The notes under the pieces were generated by a model that made no database searches, was not told the DNA's origin, and saw nothing but the letters and a program-made list of their open reading frames with translations. Below are positions 24,401 to 35,789 of a stretch of 62,000 bases of DNA, one piece after another. Position 1 is the stretch's first letter; every line of letters begins with the position of its first letter. Position numbers and translations under genes: made by a program. The DNA is from Lama guanicoe (taxonomy: Eukaryota), in assembly GCA_013239625.1 (NCBI GenBank), contig MU054391.1, positions 7,161,095 to 7,223,094 on the forward strand. The letters are read 5' to 3'.

Positions 24401-24799
24401 CTGGGATGAGGTTCTGGGGGAGGTGTGAAGAGAGATGCATGTTTTATAGACACAGGTGAAGGAGGAATGAATTCTGATTGGAGGGACGAGGAATTGAAGA
24501 AGGTGGCACTTGGGCTGAGCCTTATCCAATGAGCAGAGTTTTAAGAGAGGTAAGCTCATCACAGGTGGAAACAGGAGTGGGAGGAGGGCTGAGAGATGGC
24601 TAGGTGTGTGTGGGGCTCCCAGAAAGGGAGGCCCCGGTGCAGAGGGTGTGCTGGCACCAGATGGCAGGGCGCCATTGAAGCCGGGCTGAGAGCAAGCCTG
24701 AGTTTGGGTTTGGCACTGAGTTTTCCATTCTTAAAGAAGCAGGCAAGTGTCCATCCTGCAGGACTGCAAACAGGGCTACAGAGGCCCCTTCCCCCATGT

Positions 24800-25013
24800 C
24801 AGTGGCTTTCAATGGTGATTTTGCTCCCATGGGACACATAGCTATGTATGGGGACATCTTTGATTGTCCTGACTGGGGCGTGCCCTGGCACCTAGTAGGG
24901 GGAGGCCAGAGATGCTGAGTATCCTACGAGGCAGCCTCATAGGGACCCCCCCACCCCCAACAACCAGCAGTTATTTATCTGGTCGTCCAAAATGTCAGTA
25001 ATTGAGAAACTCC
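24800..25013. mobile_element. MER20-like hAT DNA transposon
   Basis: cagtggctttcaa...ggtgattttgctccc...ggaggccagagatgctg...ccaaaatgtcagtaattgagaaactccag. Confidence 0.75.
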
Positions 25014-26077
25014 AGTAAGAAGCTTATCTGCGAAAATTAAGTAAAAGAGGGAACAAATTACCCAGAGGTAATCTTTCCAATCTATTTCAGTGTCTCTCCG
25101 GGCAGAGTGTTTTAAGAAGGATGTAGAGATTGGGACGAAAGGGGGAGATTGTTTGTACCAAGCCTGGACCTGGAATGCTCTTTCTTTTTGGCTCATTGTT
25201 GTCCAGAGCCCCGTTCCCATTGCCGAGATTCTGGAGTGTGGCCCGATGTGTGTTGCACTCTGTTCACTGGCACCTGCTCAGGCAGGGCTGTCCTTCCTCC
25301 CCCGGGATCCCTCGTGGCCACCTTGCTCTGTCTGGGGTCCTGTTCCTGTCGTTGTTGGGTCCCCACAGCACTCGCTGCTCCCTCAGGGTGGGGCTGTGCT
25401 GGGCCCCGCGCCCCCCCAGCCCCCCAGCCCGGCCCAGAGCAGCCGGTGGCAGTGCCCCGTGTGTCCTGCTGCTGGCCGCCCTTCTGAGCCAGGGCCGCCC
25501 CAACGAGGGGCACTGCCAAGGGTAAGCTTTTGGCGACACACTGCCACCTGGGCGGTTGGCAGGAGCACTGGTGTTTCACACAGCTTTCCCAGGGCGGAGG
25601 CTCTGGAAAGGTGACCCCTGCTGCCGCCAAGCAGCGTTCCTCGAGCTGGTTTTCCAGCTAAGTTGAGTCACAGCCTTTGAAGCAGAACACTTGGGTAGTG
25701 AGAACAACTGGGGACATGATCGAGCCGTTAAATGTATTTGCAAATCAAACCTGAAATAAAATTAGCATCTCAGACCCCTGCAGGCAGCAGCTTTTAGGAC
25801 TTTGATGTGAAGAGCAATATACAGAAATAGTGATTTTAAAAAAAAGATTGCATTGATTAGACAACTCAAATACAAAGATGTTTCATTTAAAAAGTGACTT
25901 GATTTTCAGATGCATCCCTGTATTCCAAGCAAGCTGATATTTCTAGAATCTCTTCATCTTAACGCTTTCCTACTTCTTGGTTTTAAAGAACATATCAGGC
26001 AAGTCTCAAGACAAGCCCTTTGGCCGCACAACATATTCACGGTGGAGCAGTAGGTCGGGCAGGAGGTGGGCCGTTTG

Positions 26078-26610
26078 CATTTACTCCTTCAGCAAAGGTT
26101 TATTAAGTGTCTCCTACTTGCCAAGCATGGTTTCTGGCTCTGGGGTTACAGCAGGGAATGACACAGAGTTCTCGCCCTCAGGGGCTTATGGATTAATGAC
26201 ACACAGTCAAACAAGGGGCTGGCATGGAAGATTAGTGATAGAAGTGAGGTCCATTTAGAGGCTGGATGGAGACGGAGCTGAGGAGACTTGTCTGGGAAGA
26301 AATGGTAGTGAGGAGGAGCAAACCCAGAGACTGTGTGGTCCTGGAAGCAGGGAGAAGAAGGCATTCTAGAAGAAGGTGTGGTCACCTGTGTTGGATGCTA
26401 CCAGGAAGGAGTGAGAAGTGATGCCTGAATCTGGTGGCATCACTGGGGACAAGGGCAGTGAGGTGGGGACCGGGAGTCTGCATGGAGCGGGTTGACGGGA
26501 GGAAGTGGGGTAGCAGTGGAGTCCACGCAGGTACACGGCTCTCGGAAAGAATTTTGCTGCAAAGGGAACAGAGACGTGGGGTTTGACCTGGGGAAGTAAA
26601 ACCTAAGCAG
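26078..26610 (-). mobile_element. LINE-2 relic
   Basis: tttattaagtgtctcctacttgccaagcatgg...ctctggggttacagcagggaatgacacaga, an antisense L2 3' end followed by purine-rich L2 body. Confidence 0.65.
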
Positions 26611-27181
26611 GTTTAGTTCTTTCGTTTTTATTTTGTGGTTGTTGTTGGCTTGGCTTCGCTTGTTTTTAGGATGCGGGGAGAGGAGTTGGGGCATATTTAT
26701 GTGCCGACAGGAGGCGCCCAGTTGCTGGCACATGTGTTGTTTGCGGGGTGGTGCTGGGCTCAGTGCTGGCACCAGGTCTGTGCATCGGCAGGTGGCGGGG
26801 GTGCCCTGTGCACCGGTGGCTGGGTGGCCCATGGCCAGGGGTAGGGACCAGGAGCACGAACAGGACGGGTGCAAGTAGGTTGGCCAGTTTGATGCCTCCA
26901 GCCTCAGGTTCCCTATCAGTAAAGCAGGAGGAGAATGCCTACTGTGAACAGGGTTCCCGCGAGGATTAAGCAAGGTGAGGGCCGTGAAGGTGCTTAGTAG
27001 ACGACTGAGAGATGCTTGCAGGCTTCCTTCTCAATTGAAAATGAGACTTGATAGAACGTGGCTTTGGCCGGGGAGGGAATGCGCAGTGACGCCTTCCTTC
27101 GTGAAGCCGATCGGAGTCCGGCGTGCAGAACGGTTCCCTGGCGTGATGCCTGTAACCGTGAGTGTTTTGTCTCTTTTTCAG

Positions 27182-27334
27182 AAACGGGTATAAGTTTCTC
27201 TACTGCTCTGCACGGGCCATTGGGATGGCGGACATGACGAGGGGCTACCTGCACTGGGTCAACGAGCGGGGCACGGTGCTGCCGCAGGGACCGCTGCTCC
27301 TGAGCCCCAGCAGCCTCTTCTCCGCCCTGCACAG
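27182..27334 (+). CDS. LPIN1: LPIN1 coding exon W12 ([23 protein letters not shown]...SSLFSALH)
   Basis: ctttttcag acceptor, CAG|gtgggc donor; C-LIP/LNS2 domain. Confidence 0.98.
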
Positions 27335-30144
27335 GTGGGCGCGCGCTCCCCGGCCCGGTCCAGGGCTGGCTCAGGCCCTCCCTCCTCCTCCCCAGAACTG
27401 TGGCGGGACTAGCCCCTGTGCCCATCTTCCCAGCCAACACCCCCGCTCCACGGTGGGCACCAGAAAACCCCTCCTGGGGTGCCGGTCTGGCCTTGACACC
27501 CGTCAGCACCCTCCGCTGGCTGGTCCTGGCTCTCGGGATAGTCCACACCTGTGAGCTCAGTGTCTCGGGCTCTTCACCACCTGCCTCGTCCCCCTCTCCA
27601 GTCTCACTGTCTCCAGTTTCTAGGACTCAGTCGTGCTGAGCTGTCTCTTGTCCAGAGACATGGTCTCTCCTCTGGGCCTTTGCACGCGCTGCCCTCCTTT
27701 TCAGGGGAGCTGCCCCTCTCACTGCATCGCTAGCCTGGGTCTTCACAACTCTGAGCATCAGCGTGCCTCCCGTCTGATTGGACCTAGGCTGGGCTGAGCG
27801 GCCACTCTGCCCGCCACCCCTCCTCCCCCTGGCCCAGGACTCCTATAACGAACACATCCTCTCTGCAAGGGCTGCTCACGCCGGCGATTTTAATGGACCA
27901 CCAGCCCATTCCTGGTGACCCTCCTCCCTTCCCTGTCATGCTTGCCTTCAGGGCAGCCAAGCCACACTGCGTCTGGTCTCCTGGGTGGGGCAGGAGAGCA
28001 GCGGCCTCCCTGGGGCTCGAGGCCTGGGGCAGTGTCCCGCTGCTGCTCCCGATACAGAATCTGTTGTGGTGGTAACAGGCCATCAGTCCTGCCAGAGGCT
28101 GGTTGTAAGTATCCTACAGTTGTGTCTTCAAGAGCCAGTGAGAGGCTTTAGCATGATTCTGTCTCAGTTTGAGGACAAGATTAGCTGTTTACTGCTGCTA
28201 ACCGTGCAAACAAGGGAAGAATCCAGATGGGCCCAAAGCGCCAAGCTGATTGCTCTTGAGTATTTTTCTTGAGGTCTACAGATACCTTTTCCATCACAAC
28301 TTTGTTTTGTGTGAGTAGTAAATTTTTTTCCCATAGTAGGAGATCTTACTTTGAAACTTGCATATTCCAGGGAGGAAACTGGGGCCACACCTGTGGAAGC
28401 CACAGTGTATCACAGTGATGCCAATCTCAATAGAAGTCCAGATATTTTAATGAAATGGTGTCACTGCATCGTGTTGACACTTTGTGACAAGCTACTCATT
28501 AGCATGTGTTAAGTACTGAGGCTTTGCCAGGGAGAGGAAAAAGTTGACGTTGTTTCTCTGACGTCCTCCCACTGAAAATACATTTAAGGTGATCCTTTTC
28601 ATTTTTTCTTTATTTAAATATTATTTAAATATTTAAAACTATTTTAAAAAATCCAAATAACTAACCCCTACGACTTGTATTCCCTCTGGGGACACAGAGG
28701 TCCTCCTGATGGCCACGGCCAGCAGCCTGGCCCTTGTAGCCCGGCGTTCTCGCCAGAGGCATCCTCTGTGTCAGCTGTCCTGCAGCTTTTCTAGAACCTA
28801 TGGGTGAGTCTGCCGTGAGCACGAATGTCCTTCCCTAGCAAGACACTTAAACCGGGCCCAGTTCTGATTGTACTGCCTGGGTTTAAATGGGAAGGAAAGT
28901 GACTGGGGAAGAGGTAGGCACAGTCGGCCAGGACAAGCTCTCCGCACAGGATGGCAGAGGGTTCTGAAGAGGGACTGGGAGCCCCGGGCTCTGATGCCCT
29001 TTGGCAACTAACTGATGGCGTGACGAGTGGGTGTTGCCCGTCCTGGGTCTGTTACCTCAAATGCCAGATGAGAGGGTGGGATCAGATGATCCCAAGGGTC
29101 TCTTCAGCTCTGAAATGCTGGGGCTCTAGGAAATCTGTCTGAAAGAAGTTGAGAGAATCTGCTTGACACACCTCATCACTTTGTTCAGGAGCTTCTCCTG
29201 TTAAAGTAGAAATTGGCTTGGAGCCATGGGATTCTTTTTAGTTACCTGCTGCCTTATTGTGGTGACACAGTGACTCAGGTCACTTTCATAAGCCATCTGT
29301 CGGTACAGTGGACATTCCTACCAAGTGTGGCCCAGGCTCATGTGGGGGGTGTCCCACTGATGCATGGGTGAATTCGCCTTTGCTAATTCCCGTGACTCTG
29401 GGTCACTGGGCAGTTCTGAAATTCTGGAGCTAGGCAACAGCCGAGGCTGCCCTCTGTCCCCAGGAAAGAAGAAATTCTTCTGCAAGTAACTGCATTTCCC
29501 CTTGGGGTTTTCTGAGCTAGTGAGACTTGGATAAATGACAGTCATTTGCTGGAGTAAAATTACCTCCAGGCTGAGTTGAGTGACCAGTGACTGTTTGCAA
29601 ATTCAGATCCCATAATGCTAGGCTCTCTCTGCCAGTTCGCCAAGGAGCAATCTGCACCACACTGTGTTCTCAGCAGCCCCATGACTCGCTCCTTGGGCCG
29701 CCTTATGGCCAAACAAGGACCCTTGGCACCTTCAAAGCACTGTGGAGGGGGCCAGGGAGGGGCTTTCTTGCTGTGCCATACTTACCCCCTGTGTATGCGT
29801 GCCACGAACTCCTCCCATATATGTGTGCGTATGTGTGTGAGAGTGTGTGTGAGGGAGAGAGATTGAAACAGGAAGTTGAATTGGGTTGATTTCCCTCAAG
29901 TAGATTGAAGGTTTGAGACTTTTAGTCACACCGTCACTCATGTGTCTGTGTATAGACTGAGAGTCCCTTTTAGTGCTAAGGCTGGTTCTGGAGTCCACGG
30001 AAGTCCATGCAGAGCCAGGACCAGCCAAACTGACACTCAGTTTGGTTCTCCATTATCACCACCATCATCATCTAATTACATTTTGGGTAGGTACAGAAGA
30101 ATATTTCTAAAATATATGCAGGTTGTATACATACGTATATATAC

Positions 30145-30147
<3 letters not shown>

Positions 30148-30180
<33 letters not shown>
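30148..30180. repeat. (TG)n microsatellite
   Basis: Pure TG run. Confidence 0.97.
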
Positions 30181-30183
<3 letters not shown>

Positions 30184-30349
30184 CCATATTTCTAAAATAT
30201 ACGCAAGTTGAAAGGGACCCTTGAGACCATCTGGTAATCAGACAGTGAACGCAGCGTGCCCACGGCCCAGGGAAAGCAGAAGGGTGTATACCCGTGCATC
30301 TGAAGTCCTGCTTGCTCTCGTCCATCCCCTTCTGCAGTTTGTACTTTTT

Positions 30350-31040
30350 GTGTATTGACAAAGCCTTCCCTACTGTGGGCATGAGGAAAGTCTCTTGTGT
30401 TTTATCTAAAGGTGTTGCTGTTCACATTTAGGTCTGTAATCCACCAGGAATTGATTTTTGTATGGAGAGTGTGGTAGGGGTCGGTCCATTTTCTTTTTTT
30501 TTGTCCTTACATGGAGATTTAGTTGTCCCAGCACCATTTGCTGAAAATAGTTCCCTTTCCCTCTGCTTTGACTTGTCATCATGGTCATGAATCAGGGGCC
30601 CGTAAGTGTGCGCCTCTGTTTCTGGCCTTTGCTATTCTGTGCAGCTGTTAGAATCATGCTCCAGGAAAAGCATACAGCCGAAAACCTGGTGGGAATTTGA
30701 TGGAAATGACAGCGAATCTATTGCTCAATCTAGAGAGAATTAAGAGCTCATGGTAATATTGAATCTTCCAATTCAATTATATGGTATATTTCTTCATTTA
30801 TTTAGGTCTTCCCTAACATACTGCAGTAAAGGTTTTTCTTTTTCTGAAGTTGAAGTATAGTTAGTTTACAATGTTGTGCTAATTTCTTGGTGGCAGTAAA
30901 GTCTCTAGCTTAGAACTTTGGCACCAACATTCGTGAATGAGTTTGGCCCACACTTTCCTCATCCTTTCCCTCGGTTTAGATTTTGAGGTTATGCTCGCTT
31001 CATGAAATGAGTTTGAAGAGGTTCCCTCTTTTTTTTTTAT
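30350..31040 (-). mobile_element. Old L1M relic containing a nested ~60 bp younger L1 tail (30832-30892)
   Basis: gttgtcccagcaccatttgctgaaaa and ttcacatttaggtct antisense L1 ORF2 phrases; nested piece flanked by gcagtaaag repeats. Confidence 0.7.
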
Positions 31041-31293
31041 GCCCTGGAATTCTTTGTCCCTTGGAGGTCTTTGGAGAAATCACAGTTTCCTTGAGGGGAG
31101 ACTCGGAAGTTCGGCTTCACTGTCCGTCGAGGGCTTTTCTGGGACAGCTGAACGACTTTCCCGTGTTTCACTTCTGAAGCTATGACAGCGCCCTTCGCCT
31201 CCCTGCATCTCTGACAGTTAAAAATAGCTTGATGCTAATGAGGCGTATGCTCTCGTGCTGATCCATTGCTTATGTATTTGTTTGTTTTAACAG

Positions 31294-31408
31294 AGAAGTG
31301 ATTGAAAAGAAGCCAGAAAAGTTCAAAGTCCAGTGTTTGACCGACATCAAAAACCTGTTTTTCCCAAACACAGAACCCTTCTACGCCGCGTTTGGAAACC
31401 GACCGGCT
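31294..31408 (+). CDS. LPIN1: LPIN1 coding exon W13 ([22 protein letters not shown]...YAAFGNRPA)
   Basis: ttttaacag acceptor, GCT|gtaagt donor; FGNR motif. Confidence 0.98.
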
Positions 31409-32119
31409 GTAAGTAGTAGTCGGGTTTTCGCGAGCTCTTGAAGTTGCTGTGTGTTCTGACAAGTCATCCGAGAGGCTGGCCTGGACTCCGTGTGGAGCCA
31501 GATTCTCCTCCTGCCAGGAGGAGCTGGGGACCAGCCGCTCGCTGCCTCTGCAGCCCGGGGGATGGTCATTATTTCATGGTCTCTGGTTTGCTTTGAAGGT
31601 GGGCTTGTAGGTTTCAGGTAGAAGCTTGAAATGTGGGGCTAGAAACTTTAAATTCCTAATCGCTCGCTAAATTAGTACAAGAACACTGAATAGGATTAGA
31701 CTCTTTGTACCAGAAGGGAACCACAGAGCCAAGCCTCAGCACAAAGGTGAATTCAGTGTCTCAAGGTTTAAGAGTATTGTTTTGGATGGTAAGAGTAATG
31801 CTTTGAGATTTGGGGCATACCACCCAAATTTGCTGGGAAGTTCAGCCTTCTGGAGAATACAGTCGGGTGCTGACTTCCCAGTAAGAAAATCCTCCTGCTT
31901 TTGAAACTCACGCCTAAGAAAATAGGTCAGAGAGTGACCTCTAGGACTGTTAGAATTGCAGGGGATGTGGTGGCGTGTTGATTCTTTTAACTCAGTTCTT
32001 GGCGAAATGAGTGAACCGAGGCCCAGAGAGGACAACTGACTTAGTTTCGCATCTAGAGAAGAGTCCTTTCTCTGCACTGCTTGGAAGTATTGTTCTGGTT
32101 GAATGAAAACTGTGTAACA

Positions 32120-32574
32120 CACGCAGACCTCACTGTATTACACTCGCAGATCCTGCATTATGCTACAAAGTGAAGGTTTGTGGCAACCCTGCACCAGGCA
32201 AGTCTGTTGGCACCATTTTTCCACAGCGTTTGCTCCTGTCCTGTCTCTGTGTCACATTTTGGTAATTCTCACAGTATTTCAGACTTCTTCGTTATTTTTT
32301 ATGTTATCTGGGATCTTTGCTCATTGATGTTACTACGACTCCGCTGAAGGTTTAGATGATGGTTAGCATTTTTCAGCAAGAAAGCCTTTTTTAATTAAGG
32401 TACACACATTGTTTTTTTAGACATAATGCTTTTGCACCCTTAATAAACTGTGGTATAGGGTAAATATAACTTTTATATGCACTGGGAAAGAAACCAAAAC
32501 ATTCACGTGATTGCTTTATTTGCTGTGCTGTGGTGGTCTGGAACCGAACCCCCAGTATTTCTGAGGTCTGCCTG
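32120..32574. mobile_element. Tigger1-derived non-autonomous DNA transposon (internally deleted)
   Basis: Terminal inverted repeats cacgcagacctca / tgaggtctgcctg (12/13 match), the right one followed by TA; internal gaaggtttgtggcaaccctgca and ttttatatgcactgggaaa typical of Tigger1 ends. Confidence 0.85.
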
Positions 32575-32657
32575 TATTTGTATCAAATTTGAAATATCAT
32601 GTATTTATATCTACAATGAACATTTTTATTTTCTAATTGATACTTTACCAAATATAG

Positions 32658-32761
32658 GATGTGTATTCGTACAAGCAAGTAGGAGTGTCTTTGAACAGAA
32701 TATTTACCGTCAATCCCAAAGGAGAACTCGTACAAGAACACGCGAAGACCAACATCTCCTC
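32658..32761 (+). CDS. LPIN1: LPIN1 coding exon W14 ([34 protein letters not shown])
   Basis: atatag acceptor, TC|gtgagt donor, 104 nt. Confidence 0.97.
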
Positions 32762-35629
32762 GTGAGTATGGTGCCCCTTCCGTGTGAGCACAGTGTCATT
32801 ACCCCGTCATTACCTTCGCCTGGGAGTGACTTACAGTTAACTTGGTACCTTTTTAAGCCTTTGTTGCCTATTGTTTAATCTTTAATTCCTAAAAGGAAAA
32901 CCTTTTAACTCATCCTAATTTTTTATGCCCTGGAATTAGGTTGTACAAAAATTAGGTTTAAATCCGTTCCCCTCTGGGTTTAAAATTTAAACCAGTGGTT
33001 AGCTTCTGCTGCAGAGTGGAATGGAATGAATCTGAAAACTACTGGTTTAGATTTTCCAAATTAGGTTTGAAAGCCTAGAGTACGAATTAGAAATGTAACC
33101 AAATTAAAATGTCATGTGAAGCTATATTTAAAGATGAGAAACTCTATATCCCTTCACACGCTGACCTGTAATAACAGTCTCACCAGAAGCATCGCTGTGT
33201 AACCCTAGGAATTCCTCCCGTAGTTTTGGTCAAAGCCCATTCTCGCGGGGGCCGTCGGCTGAACTGGGTGACCGTGTGCAGTGAGGCCTCCTGGCTGGTG
33301 GGCGATGTCCCTTGACTTGGCTGTGTCTCACTTTGGGCTCCTAACTTCTTAGAGAGGAGACTGTTTCTTCAGCCCACGTGTTGGGGAGCTTCGTCCGCTG
33401 GGACGTCAGGCAGATTGGTGTCATCCCGCCTTGTCTGTTTCAGAGGCCACAGCTCTGCTGGCCTGGTCCCTGCAGACCTGGAAAATAGCCCCTGGCCTGA
33501 GAGACCCCTGGGGGCCGCTGCAGCCCTCTTCACGCGGAGGACTTGGACCGAGGGAGTTCGGGTCAAGGGCCTTCCCAGGGATCGGTCTTTCTGGTAGATG
33601 AGAGATCTGGGTCCCCCTAGAGCAGATTTTCACTTTCAAGATGGTCCTTATACCCGTTGGAGTCGAACCCAACCTAAATAGGACTGTTCCAGGCTGGAGG
33701 GAACCCTGGGGCCTGCCCCACAAGCCCCCCTCCCCCATAGTCATGCCAGGACCCAAGCAGTTCTCAGATATGTGGGGCGCGGAGGGGAGGAGGGAGCCAG
33801 GACCCCCTCCATCCCGGTGCCGCCTGGTGGGCAGAGTGACAGCAGGGACAGGATTCCTTCCTTTCCCCTTTCCCGGCCGTTTCTCCCTCCCCAGTGCTAA
33901 GCAGCCACCCTGACATCACAGTTCCCTATTCCCCCTCAGTCCCCAGCGTGTCATGTTCCCTCAGTCCTGGGGAGATAGGATTTCCATTTAAAAGACACTG
34001 CCAATGGGACACTGCCCGGAAACACTGCTTGCCCAGGCAGCAACCACATGGCAAGTCTTGTCCTCGGGGGCGTGGAAAGGGGATTCCAGCATCTAAGAAG
34101 GTTTCCCCAGGAGGCTTCTGAGGTGATCCCGTTCACTGAGACTCTCGGGTGAAAATGCGTGCTTTGCCCACGTCTTATGGGAGAAAACTTTTTGTATTGT
34201 GGAAGAATAGTGTCGTCTTCACCCAGGCTGGGAGGTGTGGTTGTTCCTGTGGAAGAAAGACTCTCCTTCTGCAAGAAAACACATTAAACTGGGTATAGCC
34301 CTTTCCAGGCCAAGGAGGCGCTTGGGAACCTGGGACACTGTGTCTGGGAAGTCAGGGCCCACGCCAGCTAGAGGGGCGTCAGTGCTTGCTTGCTTGGCAT
34401 TTGTGTCAGCGTGTGAGCTCTGCTGGTTTTGAAGGAGCTGGGTGCATGGAGGGTCGGTCTGAGAGAGGCACGGATGGAGCGAGTTTGGATCCAGTGCTGC
34501 CCAGCGCCATCAATGAGCAGGGAACTGCCCCTTGCAGGGTGGGGCCGCCTCCCGTAGCCACAGAACTCAAACAAACAGGTCTTCAGGCCGAGGGGTATTT
34601 TAAAATTGTGTTTTAGTCCCCAGGAAAGACACAAATCTTGCTTATTAAGAGAGATTTTTCTTTCCAGTTTTGTGTAAGCACGATGTTTCTCATAAGTTCT
34701 TTGGTGGTCCTTTATTAAATACACACACCCTTATTTAAAAGTTATTTTATGCCTCAGAACATGCTAATTCCTGGAGTTTGGATTTCGAAAGAACGCCCTT
34801 TTTGGTTCTTAGCAAATTGGAACCGGAGAGGGACCCAGTGACTGTCAGAGAGGACTCTGGGGATGTGCAGAGAGGCCTGGACTTGTCAGAATTTCTGGTT
34901 GGAGGCGCCCAGAAGTCTGAAAATACATATTCAATACAGTATATTTGTTTTTGTAGTTAGAGGCCACAGAAACAAATACGCAACATCCTCTTGGGAATAC
35001 ACAGAAAATAGAGTGAGAGATTATGGCAGGGAGCATTTGAGAAACACTGATCAGGTCCAGCTCCATAATCTACAAGGACCTGTGGCCCAGAGAGGGCAAG
35101 ACACCTGCCCAAGGCCCCACAGCAGAAAGGTAGGAGTAGATCTCAGATCTCTTGACCCTCATGCCAACTAGGGCTTTTTTGTCCTAAGGCCAGGGCTAGT
35201 TACTTTGTGATGTTAATGACTTATTGTTGAATAAATTTATGGCATATGTACCTCGCATTATTTTGCTGTGCATGTATTATGTAATTTAACTCTCACATGA
35301 GCACTGGGGCCCGGTTTTCATTTCTCCCTTTCAGTTGGAGAGAGTGTAGCTTAGGGAGATGAAGCCACTTGCCTAAGATCACACAGCTTGTAAATGGCAG
35401 AGTGACGGTCAAGTCCAAGGCTCCGTAACCCCAGGGCCCAGCGTCCTTTCATTGCACAGTGAAGCAGCCTCTGTGTGATGCTCCCAAGATGTGCTTTCTC
35501 TGTGATCTTTCCCAATGCCCGAGGTGGGAGGAGCTGTGACTTCCAGGCCCCCTCGGGGTTCATGCAGGTGTCCCACCCACGTGGCCGGGGGGCCCTCACC
35601 GGCAGTGATGTCGTCCGTTTTCCTTACAG

Positions 35630-35789
35630 GTACGTGAGACTGTGCGAAGTGGTCGACCACGTTTTCCCGTTATTGAAAAGAAGCCATTCGTCCGACTTCC
35701 CCTGCTCAGACACTTTCAGTAATTTCACCTTTTGGAGAGAGCCACCACCACCTTTTGAAAACCAGGACGTTCATTCGGCCTCAGCATAA
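35630..35789 (+). CDS. LPIN1: LPIN1 terminal exon, coding part (YVRLCEVVDHVFP...FENQDVHSASA*)
   Basis: ttccttacag acceptor; TAA stop at 35787-35789; matches the lipin-1 C-terminus. Confidence 0.98.

Noticed and set aside
23990..27550. Several 130-190 aa overlapping ORFs on both strands
   Set aside because: GC-rich intron with few stop codons; no domain similarity except where exon W12 is overlapped.
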